Origin: Camelus dromedarius
Lineage: Eukaryota
DNA: 64,000 nucleotides
NCBI RefSeq assembly: GCF_036321535.1
Contig: NC_087437.1
Coordinates: 79,734,001-79,798,000 of the forward strand
Direction of reading: 5' to 3'
How positions within the stretch are numbered: the stretch's first letter is position 1; each line of letters begins with the position of its first letter. The notes under the pieces are model-generated. The model ran no database searches. It saw only the letters and a program-made list of their open reading frames with translations, and had not been told where the DNA came from. Made by a program: the position numbers and the translations under genes. Below are positions 1 through 12,750 of the stretch, one piece after another.

Positions 1-329
1 AAAAATTACACACACTTCTGTTGGAGGGTTATGATTATATCAATGACCAAAAGTAGTTACCCTGAAGCATCAATATGTGTAAGTAATAAGCCATGTGTTC
101 AGGATCCAAAAGAAATTAAGTACTTAATGATGGCCCCATACAGACATGATTGCTATTTTTTCTGTAAGTAGACAGTGATGTTTCTTAATCTATTAATATG
201 AAGAATTTGAAAAGGAGGTAAATCTGTGAATATACTTAAAATGTGGGCCATGATATACTTATAAATTGGTATGTTTTGTGTCTAGCACTACGAGTATGAT
301 AGCAATTAAAAGGAAAATTTGTAGTTAGC

Positions 330-490
330 TTGGTTTCTCTGTGGCTCCCCAATTTCTTGCAAAAATTTGGGCAGGTTATATTACTTGGGCTTCATTTTTT
401 CATCTGGATAACAATAATCAAATATAGTGTTGTTCTGAGGATTGGATGTGAATATTTCTTAAGGTTCTCAGAACAGGATTTACTTCCTGG
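330..490 (+). mobile_element. MIR SINE fragment (ancient)
   Basis: Degenerate MIR core: ttgggcaggttat...cttcattttttcatctgg...tgttgttctgaggatt. Confidence 0.5.
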
Positions 491-1528
491 CACTTACTGG
501 TGACAGTGGTACTAAATATAATTATTATTATTTACTTATTAATATGTCTGACATAGCCAGGCATGGCTTTGTCAACTGGAGGACAAGACACACTGAACAA
601 GGTTCAGATCTGAAACCAGACCTGTCCATCAAAGTAGGAGAAGAACGATGGGGACAGACCCAGGACAAATGGGAATAAATTCCAATCCTGCACTTCAGAC
701 AACTTGGCATCTGGTGGGCAAAGTCACAGGTAAGGGAGGACTGGCTAGTCCCACAACACTCATTCAGAGAGTGGAGTATCCAAACAGGCGACTAGAGGCA
801 AGCGAAGTGGGGATCGGGTAGAGGCAGTAGTTTTGAAGCTGATCTTGCACTAGGATTTGAACCTCGTCATTGGAAAACCTCAAATTACCTCACGTACCTT
901 TCATATTCTCACAGCAAAGCACTACTTTGTAGAACTGCATATCATCCCCCATCATAACAAGTTCAATGCATTCAGTTTCCTCTTGACCTGAGCACATGAT
1001 GAAGTAGTTCATTGGAATTTGAGGCCCATGCTACAACAGACAGATAAAATTAAAATCCAACTCAGTGCAGTTAAGACTAAAGAAACACATAGGAATTGAA
1101 ACCTACCCAGGAGGTAAATTCTTCTCTCTCCTCTTATATCTAAGTCATATGTATACACTTTAATAACTTTTGAAATTGTTTCTCTATGTATACATATGCA
1201 TATGTAATTTTAAGTCTTTTATACTTTCATACTCAGAAACTAGCAAACAGAATTAAGGAGTTAAGGATGTGTACCTCACTAAAGACACTTGGGCTCCTTG
1301 TCTGCATGGCTAGAACCACAGCCCCCTCAGGTACTCATTCCCAAAACCAGCTTAGATTCTGTTTCCTCTTTTAACTGCATAGTTATGCTTCAGTTTGCTT
1401 ATCCTTCTTCCCCTTCATATTACTACTCTGGAAATTCTTAAATCTATTTAAATACAGCATTCTACTTCCTTCCTCAAATACATCGGAGACACTAAACACC
1501 CTGGAGTGAAACATACAACCAAGTGGAA

Positions 1529-1992
1529 TGTGTCAGCCATGGACGTGCGCACACATCTCAGCTCTCCCTCAGGAGAACCTGCTGCCCTGAGCACATGGAC
1601 TGAAGCCTCTGCCTCCAGCACCTGCAGGGCCTCTACCAGGCTCCTGCCAAAGCTGGGCTTCCCTTAGCCTTCTCCCAGCCAGTGGCCAGGTAGGACAAGA
1701 CTACTACAGTGGGGCTGTTTCTGCCCAACGTGGGACCCCGCCAACAGTCAGCCTTTGCTGGGGGATCTCACATTGGCCCGGCCAAGACACCGTCAGATCT
1801 GCACTGCAGTCTGAGCTCTTACCCGATTTTCCTCCTCATTTCATGGGTGTCAGACCAGCATCACAGTCTAAATGCTCTTCTCACCTATGCTTAACCCTCT
1901 CTTTTACCCTTTTCAGGCATTTTGCCCAATAAATGTCTTACATATCTAATCCCACACTTGCTATCTGCTCTTGAAGGACCTGAACTGACTCA
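1529..1992 (+). mobile_element. ERVL solo LTR, LTR16-like
   Basis: TG...CA termini (tgtgtcagcc...gaactgactca), AATAAA near 1928, motifs resembling LTR16A/B (tttctgcccaacgtgggac, cagatctgcactgcagtctgag). Confidence 0.7.
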
Positions 1993-2036
1993 CTAACTCA
2001 ATATTCCTGACCACATATCTCAGAATCTGTCCATAG

Positions 2037-2089
2037 TTTCAATTCTATTGTATTTTCAATCCTATTGTATTTTCAATCCTATTGTATTT
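2037..2089. repeat. 17-bp tandem repeat x3 (caatcctattgtatttt)
   Basis: Directly visible, near-perfect copies. Confidence 0.85.
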
Positions 2090-2099
2090 CCTTAGTCAT

Positions 2100-3880
2100 T
2101 CAGACCCACAACCATTTCCTTTCTCCAATACTTAACAAAAACTCTCTGACCACCCTGCCCTCAGGGCACTCCCTATTTTCAGCTCTTCAGCTTGTAAATA
2201 GTTCACTGACAAACAGAAGCATTCAGAAACACTGACACCACCTCCACCAGCCCACCTGCTTTGACTCGCATGCACTCTACCTCCTCTCCTGCTGTTGCTG
2301 TGTATCAGTTTTCCTGTCCAATTATGCACTGGATTCCATCCTATCTCACTTATGATATTATTTTCTTTTATTGTTAATCATCTTTTTCTCTCTCTCAAAC
2401 AGTCTGTCATAATCATACATACTGTATTAGTAACTATAAAAAATCCTCCTGACCCCCAAGTCTCCCTGCAGCTACAAAATGCATTTAGAGTCCATCTTTA
2501 CATTCTTCCTATTCTCTCTTGAACCCACACTAATTTATGTCAGTAGAATAATGTATATCATTTGCTTTTGCTAACATCAGGAACGGTTAATTCTGAAACT
2601 TCACCTAATGCAAAAAAAAGCAACATTTGACAATACTGATCACTTCTTCTTGAAGGACTTTCTTCACACTGAATCTAGACATCACTTGCTCTTGGTTCTC
2701 TTACTTCAATGACTATTTCTTTCGGTTTCCACTACAGGTAGTTCTCACCTTCCACTCCTGTACCAATAAGAATGCCCCATGGCTTTGTTTGTCCTTGTAA
2801 CTCTTTTTCTAACTACATTTTGTGTATCTTCCATCCCCATAGCTTTAAATGTCATCTTTAATTTGATGACTCCCAAGTTTAGATCTCCAAACCCTCACCT
2901 CCACCCATCTTCACTCTTATATCCCAGTTTACTCAACATCTCCACTTGGTCATCAGATATGTACCCTAAGCATAATACATCCAAATATAAATTCTTGGTC
3001 ACCCCAAAGCAATTTTCTTTCTCAGTTTTCCTCATTTCAATCAGTATCAATATCTTTCTCCTAGTTACTTCAACCAAAAATCTAAAAGTACCTTGAAAGT
3101 ATCATCCAAAAAGATTCTCTTTGTTCTATTCTTTTTGCATTGGCTCTGAAGTCAAAATGTACCCAGCACAACTCTTCTGACCATTTCCACTCACTGCTAC
3201 TGTTCTGATCCTCAACATCTTTTGCTCTGTATTATTGCAATATGCTCCTAATGTTGTCTTCGTATATTCTCTCCTAATATTCCATCTTCACCTTTAAACT
3301 TATTATTTGCTCTTACTTTTTAAATGTACGTAAGAGCCTATCAATTCTTTTCTCACAAAAATCAGGATTCTTCTCATGCAGGGAAAATTTAAAGATACTA
3401 ACAGAACTACAAATCCCTAAAATATGTTTTCTATTTTTCCCCCACTTCTCTGATGTTACCTGTTAACTAAATCTATACCTTGTTTATTCTACATGAGCCA
3501 TGTTGACCTCCTTGCCTCTCTTCCATCAGTTTCTGCCTCTGGCACATGGAATTCTGTCGGAGGGAACTTCCTCTAGGTGTATGTGCAATTTACTCCCATA
3601 CATCTTTCCCTTCCCTGTTCAAATGTCCAGAGAGGCCTTCCTTAAAAACAACATATGAACTAATTCAAATCCAACTCTGTCACTCTATTCCCCTTAGGTA
3701 TTTTCTTCATGGTATTAAGCACAAGTTGAAAATCTCTATACCCAATACCCGCATCCTCACCAAACACAGCGTAAATCCCCACACAGAAGGAATTTGTCGT
3801 ATGCGCTGCTGTATATTTTGAATTACCTTGATGGTGTAAAGAGCAGAGAATTTTTATTGAAGGAATAAATGCATGAGATA
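2100..3880 (+). mobile_element. L2 LINE remnant (3' portion)
   Basis: Pyrimidine-rich L2 motifs (tgatgactcccaag, aacatctccacttgg, ccatgttgacctccttg) ending in a ttattgaaggaataaatg-type tail. Confidence 0.65.
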
Positions 3881-4090
3881 AAGAATGAGACAAGCACAGA
3901 GAAGGAGCAGGGGATCTAGTCATCAGAACTGGAGTCGAGAGCAGAAGGATAACCTGGTTAATAAGATCTGATTAATGACTCTAACTTGGTTATTCCAATT
4001 AAGCTACATCAATAGTTAGAAACTTGGTTGTTATTGCTAACATATACAATTTTTTTTTTTTTTACAACCAAGGTACTAGAAATAGTTAAT

Positions 4091-4661
4091 TGTGCAGAAA
4101 AAGGTTAACAGAGCTGGCCCAGGGCTGCTAGGCTAGGCTAGAAGGCCTGCTTTCAAGACTGACTCTTGGCTGTTGTCTGGGAACCTGGATTTTCAGAGTA
4201 TTCCTACCACCCCCAAAATGCTAGGGGTCGTATACGGTGTCTAAAGTGTTTGTGAAAACAACGTGGTTTCTACTGTATCTGCTTTTTTTTTTTTTCCCCC
4301 CTGGGAGTCTGAACTTTGGTATGTGCGAGGCAGGGAGTGCCTATGTGACCAGCTCCCAATAAAAACCTAGCCCATGAGTCTCTAGCCAGCTTCCCTCAGC
4401 AAAAACACAGCACACATGTGGCTGCATTTCCACTGCTAGGGAAGAGCGTGCTCCACGTGACAGCTAATGAGGGAGAGAGCATAAGGAGGCCTGCACACAG
4501 GTTCCTCCCCTCGCTACTTACATCTCTTTCCCTTGTGATCCTGCTGTTTACCCTTACTCCATCTGCTTAGTAAGCCTTTAGGAGCAAAACTTAATTTTGG
4601 ATCCCAAGAATCATTCTAGGATATCTTTTAAGGTGGGGATGGTGCTGCGGACTCTGAAACA
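4091..4661 (+). mobile_element. MER68-like solo LTR
   Basis: Starts tgtgcagaaaaaggttaac; contains ctgggagtctgaactttggtatgtg and gtgaccagctcccaataaaaacc; ends ...gaaaca; 'taat' on both flanks. Confidence 0.8.
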
Positions 4662-4724
4662 TAATAATAATATGCCTCCACTTTAAAAAAAAATACTCCA
4701 CTATGTCAGATTTTAAGTCACCAA

Positions 4725-4800
4725 TTGTTAGACAACCAGGTGTCAAGTTTCTGGAAAATTTAATAATCAGCTCTCACAAAACTGGCTTCAGCACACCAGA
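4725..4800 (-). mobile_element. hAT MITE end fragment (MER63-like)
   Basis: aaaatttaataatcagctctc...ctggcttcagcacacca resembles the reverse complement of the MER63 terminus. Confidence 0.4.
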
Positions 4801-6217
4801 AAAACCAACAAAACAAAAAAACCCGCAATGTAATGTATCCTTCAATCTAGACCTGATAAAGAGACCTGTTCCTCATGTTGCTGAGATTCCTCAAAGCCTA
4901 GTAGTATTGCCTCATGCACACAGAGTGCTGAGAAGAGCCACAGAGGTATCTTCAACCCAAAAGGGGAAATCAATAAATGGAACTTAGCATAAGTTTAACC
5001 AAACATTTCATGTTCTATTCTAGTTCCTCAACTTTACTGACACCCTCAGAGAAGAATATACTTGTACACTCCTCTAAATTGTTCATACACAAAAAAGTGT
5101 ATTTATATATGCTAGAAAAAAAATACAGCAGTTTAATCTGCAGTCAACTGCTAGAAGTTAAAGCACTCCAAGTTAAGCTATCCCACTTGAGATCTTATCA
5201 GCAAAGTTAATATGAAAGTACAGTAAGTACTTTTAATTTTTCTTGAAAACCTGGAGAGCTACACATGAATCCAAGCTGGTTTTCCCCATCACTGCTGCCT
5301 CCACAGTTCCATGAACATCACCTGTCCTAACAGCCACTCAGTAAAGACACTGAATTAACAAACAGCTAGCTCACAGATAAGGGTCACATGGTGAAACTGA
5401 TTTCACATTACTCATTTCTTCATCCAATTCTTGAAAATGACAGCACAGAAAGAAAATGTAAGACCATAACACATTCATTATTTATAGCTGTTATATTTTT
5501 CAGTGTCACTCTGCTTCTAGCTTTCCAACTCAACTGAGTAAATACAGAGCTCTGAAAAAAATATTTTTTGACAGCATTAAACTATTACTCTACTCAGAGG
5601 TCAAGAGTGCGTATCTTTAATGTAAACTCAACTTTCAAGTCATTTTGACACTGACGAAATTAAATGTGATAATGACAAGTGTGATGAAATCAAATGTAAC
5701 AGAGATGATGCAGTACATTAGAATTAAGAATTTCGATGTACTAAAATTAATTGCTCAATTGTCTAATGAAGTACTGTGTTCACATTCTGACATGTTCTAA
5801 AGAGAAATAAAATTTCCAAATTTTAAATTTACAGATAATAAAGTCAGCTTTCCTACTGTGAGATGGTGTTAAAATAGCCATTTTTATATTTTCTGATTTT
5901 TTTTACACAAGAACATCCATTTAATGTGTCACTCTATTAATAAAACATAAAATCAACTTAAAGCCAACAGCTTAATAATGATATGCCAAAGGCATCACAT
6001 TTACAAATGACAACACATACACATTTTCGTCATAGAAAAATTGTGTTCTAGCCTTTAAAGACCTGAATTTTCAAAGGGTAGCCAACACAACTGCTAATGA
6101 AAAACTCACTAGCCCAACACAACTGTGAATAATTTTCTCATTATCTACAGCAGGCAGTTTTAATGATTTCCAGCTGAACAAAAACTCTTCTCCACAAAGG
6201 CTTGGCTTCCAATTAGG

Positions 6218-9200
6218 ATACAGAAATGTATGAAGAGTATTCGTCCCACTCACACGACAGGAGAAAGCTGAAAAATCTACGAAGTTTTAATTTGTTCTGA
6301 GCTAATAAAACAACGGAGGCCACAGGGGAAACAAGTTAGGCTGAAATCTGAGGAAAGACAGGCACCTTCAAGGAAACACAAGTGGTGGCTTATCCCGGGC
6401 CAAACAGGAGGAAAACCGGGCTAACATATAAGCCAGTAAAAAGATCTCAGCTAAGAATGTGAACAGATTGCTAAAGACCAAGTGCAGGATAATCTGAGAG
6501 TACAGAACTACCAAGGGCCAGAGACGCCAGGGATTTGACACCAAACTCAGACTTTTCCATGGATGTCACAAGGTAACAAGAACAACTTTGAGCAGAGAGA
6601 CTAGGAAAAAGGACCCCTTTGTGGTTCAAGCCTGAGCGAGAAAAGCAGCTGCCGCTGCAGAGAAGCAGAGAGTTCCACCTGAAACTTCTCTCCCACGGGG
6701 TGGGGGAAGGATTTTGAGCTGTGAGTTGAGGAAGGCGGAGGAGGGAGAGCAAACATTTGCAGCTAGAGCAAGAGACCAGAAAAAACATCCCACCCTTGGG
6801 AGGAGAGTTAGAGACTCCCCAGACCCTGGTTTTTAGAACTTTCTACATCTAGCAAAAGGAACCAGAGCAAGACCATAGAGAAAGCTCCATCCCCAAGAAC
6901 ACCAAGCCAGTCTAAGACTGAAATTGAATGAGCAAAACAGAAAATGCCCTCCTTGTCCCCACCGCCGGGATACTCAGCACTGACTATGCGGCAGTCTGTC
7001 CCTATGGTGACAGCATGGACAAAGACCTGTTCTGATGGGGAAGCACAAAGAGAAAGCCTAAAGGTAATAGGAGAACAGGAGATTGAGAAAAAACCCTCTG
7101 ATAAGCCAACTTGCACCCTATGCAAAAGGTAACTCTGAAAAAAAAAAAAAGGTGAAGCAAAAAAAAAAGTGCTAAGGGTAACTACATCTACAACACAACC
7201 CACATTCAACTCAATTTTTACGCAAAAGATAGCCAAGTAGCGTCTCTCAAGTTCTTAAAGAAAAACATCAACCCAGGAAATATGCAACAATTTTTTAATA
7301 AGGAAAGCTAAAGAACAACTTTCACAGACAAGTAAAACAGAGAATTCAATACCATTTACAACACATATTGAAGGACATCCTTCAGGTAAAATAAATGATA
7401 CAAAACACCCTGCACCTCAGTTTATCTGCTAAATGGGAAAACGCAACACTGAAATAAAAGACTGCCTTTGGCCTTTAACATCAGGGGAACCCCACACTTT
7501 TGCATCTTACCTCCAGGAGGTGGACCACGTTCTCACAGGGAATTGCAGAGAAAAACCTCCTGTGCTTCTGACAGGAGGAAAGGAAAAGGAGCCATTTTGA
7601 AAAACGCCAGAGCTCCCCCAGCTGTTTGGCTTAAAATACCTGCCCTCAGGTGAAACTGTTTAGCTAGAGCCTGACTGGCTGAGGTTAATCAAAGTTTAAT
7701 TGACCTGGGGGAAGGAAAACTCCAATTCCAGCTCACTGTAGCCTTCCAATGTTAAAGAAAGGCAATACCCAAATACAGCCCACTCTAGCCATCTTGTCCC
7801 AGTGAAGAGAAGCTAAAAACTGAGAAGCATATGTGAAGTTCACAGTTCAGTGCTACAAACTCACTAAAAGACCAAAACCTACTTATAAAACACTTCCCCC
7901 CCCACCAAAGGCCTAATTACAGCAGTTCCCTTTACCAAGTACATCATGTTCAGTTACTAAGAAAGAAGACATACTAAAAGACAAAAGCCAAAGTCTGAAA
8001 AGAATTAATAAGCATCAGAACCAGACTAAGATATGGCAGGGATGTGGGAATTATCAGAGGTTTAAAAGAACTGTGGATAAGATGCTAAGGACTCCAATGC
8101 ATAAAGTACAAAACGCAAAACTGATGGGCAATGGAGGCAGAGAGATGGAAATTCTAACAAAAAATCAAAAAAAAAAAATTAGAGAGAGAAGGAGAGATTT
8201 AAAAAAAAAAAACACTAAGAGAAAAGAAAAATGCATATTTGGTGGGATTATTGGTAGACTGGATACAGCTGAGAAAAGCGTCTCTGACCTGAGGGTATCT
8301 TACTAGAAACCACTGAAACTGAAAAGCAGCAAGAAAAAGAACTGAAGAGAGAAAGAAAGGAAAAAAAAAAAAAAAAAAACCAGAACAAATAAAATATCCA
8401 AAAATGTGAAAGAACTAAAAAAAGGTATAACATGGTGCCTAATGAGAATTCCAGAAGGAAAAGAAAGAAAGGAAGAGAAGAAATGTTTGAAACAATAATG
8501 ACAGTAATGACATTAGAAGACCTTGCGGGAAATGTTAAAAAAAAAAAAATTAATGAAGGTAAATGAAAGAGGGCAGAAATTCAGATCTATATAAAAAAAT
8601 GAAGAGCATCAGAGAAGCAATAAGTAAAGGTAAAGTTAAGAAGTCTATTTTTCTTATTCTTAATAATCTAGTAGCTAACAGTATGTTCAAAATAATAATG
8701 GTAACAGTGTACTCAATCACGTGTACTTATGTATATTTATATGAGCTTATGTATAAGTGAAATAAATGACAGCAATGATAAAAGGGACAGAGGAAGGAAT
8801 AAGGGTTATTTTGTCATTATAAGGTACTCTCTACCTATGAATCAGTATAGTGTTATTTAAAAGTAGACTTGGATTAGCTGTAAATGTATACTGCAACCAT
8901 TAAAAAAAAGTAAAAACAGAAGTATAATGAATGTGCTAAGAAAAAAGAAAATCATATAAAAAGTTTGATTAAAAGCACAAAAGACAGAAAAAGAGTGGAA
9001 GACAAAAATAGGAATAAAGAACAAAAGTGACAAATAGAAAAATACTAACAAATATGGTAGATATTAATTCAATTATATCAATGATCACTTTCAATATTTG
9101 TAATTTACATATACAAATTAAAGGACAGATTGTCAAGAAATAAAACCCAACTATGTGTTGTCTATTAGAGACCCACTTTAGTATAAAGACACATAAGTGT

Positions 9201-10110
9201 TAACACATTGATCACCCACTATAGATCAGGTGCCCCTGAGGAAATATGACTGTCACCCAAATTTGTGTGCCATGGTGATCAATGTGTTAAAAGTAAATGA
9301 ATGGAGTAAAACATACCATGCTAACATTAACCTGAAAAAGTAAGAGTGTGTCTATTAATGTTAGACAAAGCACTCTTCCAAGTAGGGAAAGTTAGCAGGA
9401 TTAAAGAAGGGCCTTACAAAATGATAAAGAGGTCAATTCTCCAAGAAAACATATCAATTTTTAATGTGTATGTACCCAACAACAGTGTCAAAATACATGA
9501 TGTAAAAACTAAGAAAACTGCGAAGAGAAACAGATGCATCCATTATTATAGTCAAAGACTTCAGTGTCCCTTTATCAAAAATGAACAGATTCAGCAGATG
9601 GAAAATGAGTATGGACATAGTTGAACTCAACAATACCATCAATCAACTAGATATAATGGACACCTATTGACTAGCTTATACAACAATAACAGCAGAATAC
9701 AGATTTTTGTCAAACTTATATGAAACATTTACCAAGACAGGCCACATTATGGACCATAAAACACCCCTTAGCAAATTTAAAAGTGTAGAAATCATGCAAT
9801 GTCTACTCTCAGACCACAATGACATTAAATTAGACATTATTAACAGAAAGATAAATGGAAAATCCCAAAATAGAGATATTAAAGAACATACTTCTTTGAG
9901 GTCAGTCAAAGAAAAAACTCTCAAGAAAAATTAAAAACTATTTTGAACTAAATGACAATGAAATCCATGGGATGCAGTGAAGGCAGTCCTTAGAGGGGAA
10001 TTTATAGCACTGAATGCATATGTTAGAAAAGTAAGAAAAAGTTTCCATCTTAGAAAACTGGAAAAGGAGCAAATTAAATTCAAAGCAAGCAGAAGAAAAG
10101 AAATAATAAT
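6218..10110 (+). mobile_element. Old L1M (L1MC/L1MB-like): 5'UTR, decayed ORF1, spacer and ORF2 endonuclease region; 3' part missing
   Basis: ORF1-like text at about 7940-8500 (LDTAEK motif); ORF2 EN remnants at about 9050-10110 (gagacccacttta, NVYVPN, LSDHNDIKL, tgggatgcagtgaaggcagtccttagagggg); heavily disrupted. Confidence 0.8.
9204..9286. mobile_element. piggyBac-superfamily non-autonomous MITE (83 bp)
   Basis: TTAA (9200-9203) + CACATTGATCACC ... GGTGATCAATGTG + TTAA (9287-9290); perfect 13-bp TIR; removing it restores contiguous L1 ORF2 sequence. Confidence 0.82.
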
Positions 10111-10256
10111 GGGTACAAGCAAATGATCAGGAAGAACTGTGTTTTGAGATTCTCCTTTCAGTGCTTGGTGGCCTCACTTTCCCACTTGTGTGCCCAACGT
10201 AGCCCCTCTAGCATATTGGAGTTGTCCCTGCTGCCTGGATGAATTCAGTTACTGGG

Positions 10257-10489
10257 GAAGAGAAGAGCTAAAATTGTCACTCTACAGCATGTGACATGAT
10301 ACTATATATAGAAAGCCTTAAAGACTCCATACAAAAACTAGTACTAGAGCTAACAGAAGAATTCATCAAGGTAGCAGGATACAAAATTAACATACAGAAA
10401 TCAGTTGCATTTGTTTACACTAACAATGAAATATCAGAAAAGGAAAGTTAAAAAATCCCTTTTAAAATTGCATCAAAAAATAAAATACT
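10257..10489 (+). mobile_element. 5'-truncated intermediate-age L1, left part (ORF2 RT region), interrupted by a younger L1
   Basis: gacatgatactatatatagaaa...aaggtagcaggatacaaaattaacatacagaaatcagttgc; sequence continues at 18208. Confidence 0.88.
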
Positions 10490-11620
10490 GGGAGGAGGCC
10501 AAGACGGCGGAGTAGTAAGATGCACGCAGCTCACCCTCTCCCACAGATACACCAAGACTCACATCTACGGACCCACTCAGCCAACCAGAGCACCTGTGGA
10601 ACTCCTACAGAACATTGTCCTCTTCAAAATATAAAGATGCCAAAAATCTGGTAGGAAAAAGGAAAAAAAAAAAAAGAAGATGAAAAGGCAAAACGGTGTG
10701 GGACTGGTCCCCGGAGGAGGGAGCAGCAAAGGAGGACTGGCGCTCCTTCGCTGGGTCTCCCCTCTCCAACTGAGAGGCCAGCGGGATGGAAGGGGAGCCT
10801 CTGAGGCTTGGATCTGTATGGAGCAGCCCTTGACTGACAGAACTGGGTTCAACCAGCAGAGGGTCTCTGCGACACCCAGCTGGAGGCCCGAGCTGGGAGC
10901 TGGGGGCCGGGATAGGCTGCCCAAGCCAGGTGGAGGATGGGGATGGCTGCGCTGAGGCAGCCCCAGGGGACTGCAGGGGCTACACAACGTGGATGAGTGG
11001 GTGCACAGGGCAGAACAACTTGGGCCCTCCATGAAACAGCACGGCTGATACGCCCTGGGTGAAAGGGTGCATACCCCCATCTCTGAAAACCCAAGGAAGG
11101 TTTTCCGTGAGGACAGGCGGGGCTCACGCACAGCCGCCATATCCTCCGGCGCTTGGCACCCAGGTGGGGGCGGGGGCGGGGGCGGGGGCGAAACCTGAGT
11201 CCGCTCCTGGGGGCTTGGCAGCCTCAGAGGCCAGACAGCGACTTGTTTGCAGCCCAAATCAGATAAGATCCTTCCGCCCTGGTGCCTAGCAAAGTTCGTG
11301 CGGCCAGAACAAACAAGGAGCTGAGCTTGGACAGGGAGCAGGGGCGGGGCTGTTCGGCGGTCTTCCCGGCCCTCCTGCGGTCGGAGCGCGTGGTGGCGCA
11401 GAGCTGCGGAGCGACCGGCGCCGGGAGACGGCGGGTGGCCCCCCCACCTTTCCGGCAGGAACGCTGCGCTGGGAGGGGGCGCGATCTGCTTGCCCACAGG
11501 CACTAGGAGTAGCACAGACAAGGGCGCCAACAGAGGGCCTCGGGAAACAACAAGCCAAGCTCTCGAAACAGGGCGAAGACAGAAAGACTTCTCATTAAGA
11601 GTACACAGTCTCCAGGAGAA
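10490..11620 (+). promoter_or_regulatory. L1 internal Pol II promoter / CpG-rich 5'UTR
   Basis: caagacggcg (YY1-like caagatggcg variant) at the 5' end; high GC and CpG content; (GGGGGC)4 GC boxes at 11166-11189. Confidence 0.7.
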
Positions 11621-11699
11621 CACCCCCTACCCTTTTTAGTTTTTTTTTTTTATCTGTTTTTGCCGGCTGTATTCTGTTACGTTTTTGATTTTTGCTTTT

Positions 11700-12212
11700 T
11701 AAACAGTTGTATCCTCCCTGTTTGGGTCCCTTTTGAATTTTTCTTTTAAAATGGTAAGGTTGTTATTTTGAAAGATCCACTTGTGTCATTTTTTCTCTTG
11801 GTTTTGATCGCCTGGTGTTGATTGTACACAGGTTTCAAATGTGTTTTTTTCCTCTTTTGTCCTATTTTGGAGCTTTTTGGGAGACATCTCAACCCGATTG
11901 CTGTTCTGCTTCAACTTACTCTTCAGTTGTTCATTGTATGCTGTTTTCAGGCCTTTTTTTTCCTGCCCTTTTTCGGAATTCTATCATATCTTTTTTTTTT
12001 TTTTTTTTTTTTTTGTCTGTTCTATTTTTTAATACCTTTTTGATTTCTAATTTCTGGAAGGTTGTGTGTGCTTCTAGTTTTGATTCCTTTTGAGTTTTTC
12101 TCTTAAAGTAGTTATATTGTTTTTTAAAGAGAATTTACAAGATTGCATTTTCACTTCTTTTGGGTTTGATCTCCTGTTGTTGGGTAAATGGGTTTCAGGT
12201 GTCATTTTTTGA

Positions 12213-12243
<31 letters not shown>

Positions 12244-12750
12244 AGGGTTTTTAAAAAGATCTCAATTCGAATGCTACTCTAATTCAAATTGCTCTTCTAT
12301 AATTGACTATACACTATTTTCAGGCCTTTTTTTCCTCCCTTCTCTTAAAATATCTATCTTTTTTTTTTAAATCTGTTCTATTTTCTATTACCTTTTTAAT
12401 TTCTACTTTCTAAACAATTGTATATGCTTCTAGTTTTAATTCATTTTAAATTTTTTTCTTAAAGTAGTTACATTATTATTATTTTTTTAAAAATAAAATC
12501 CACCTGATTTCATTTTCATTTCTTTTGGTTTTGATCTCCTGTTATAGATTATAAATAGGTTTCAAATATCGTTTTGGGATCTTTTTTCCTTTTTTTTTTT
12601 TTTTTAAGGGTTTTTAGGAAAAAAACAGATGTCTCAACTTGAAAGCTAGTCCGATTCAAATTGCACTTCTATAATTGATTATACACTGTTTTCAAACCTT
12701 TTTTTCTCCCTTTTAAAATTCTTTCTCTCTCTCTTTTTTTACTTTTTAAG
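11700..12750 (+). repeat. Three diverged ~363-bp T-rich tandem units in the L1 5'UTR
   Basis: Anchor tttgatc at about 11806, 12168 and 12533, each followed by ggtttca...ctcaa...ttttca(gg/aa)ccttttt. Confidence 0.85.

Noticed and set aside
2037..2089. Short direct repeats as a CRISPR-like array
   Set aside because: No spacers and a eukaryotic context; a simple tandem duplication.
6471..7236. 105-aa and 142-aa minus-strand ORFs
   Set aside because: Lie antisense within the old L1M 5' region; no recognisable domain.
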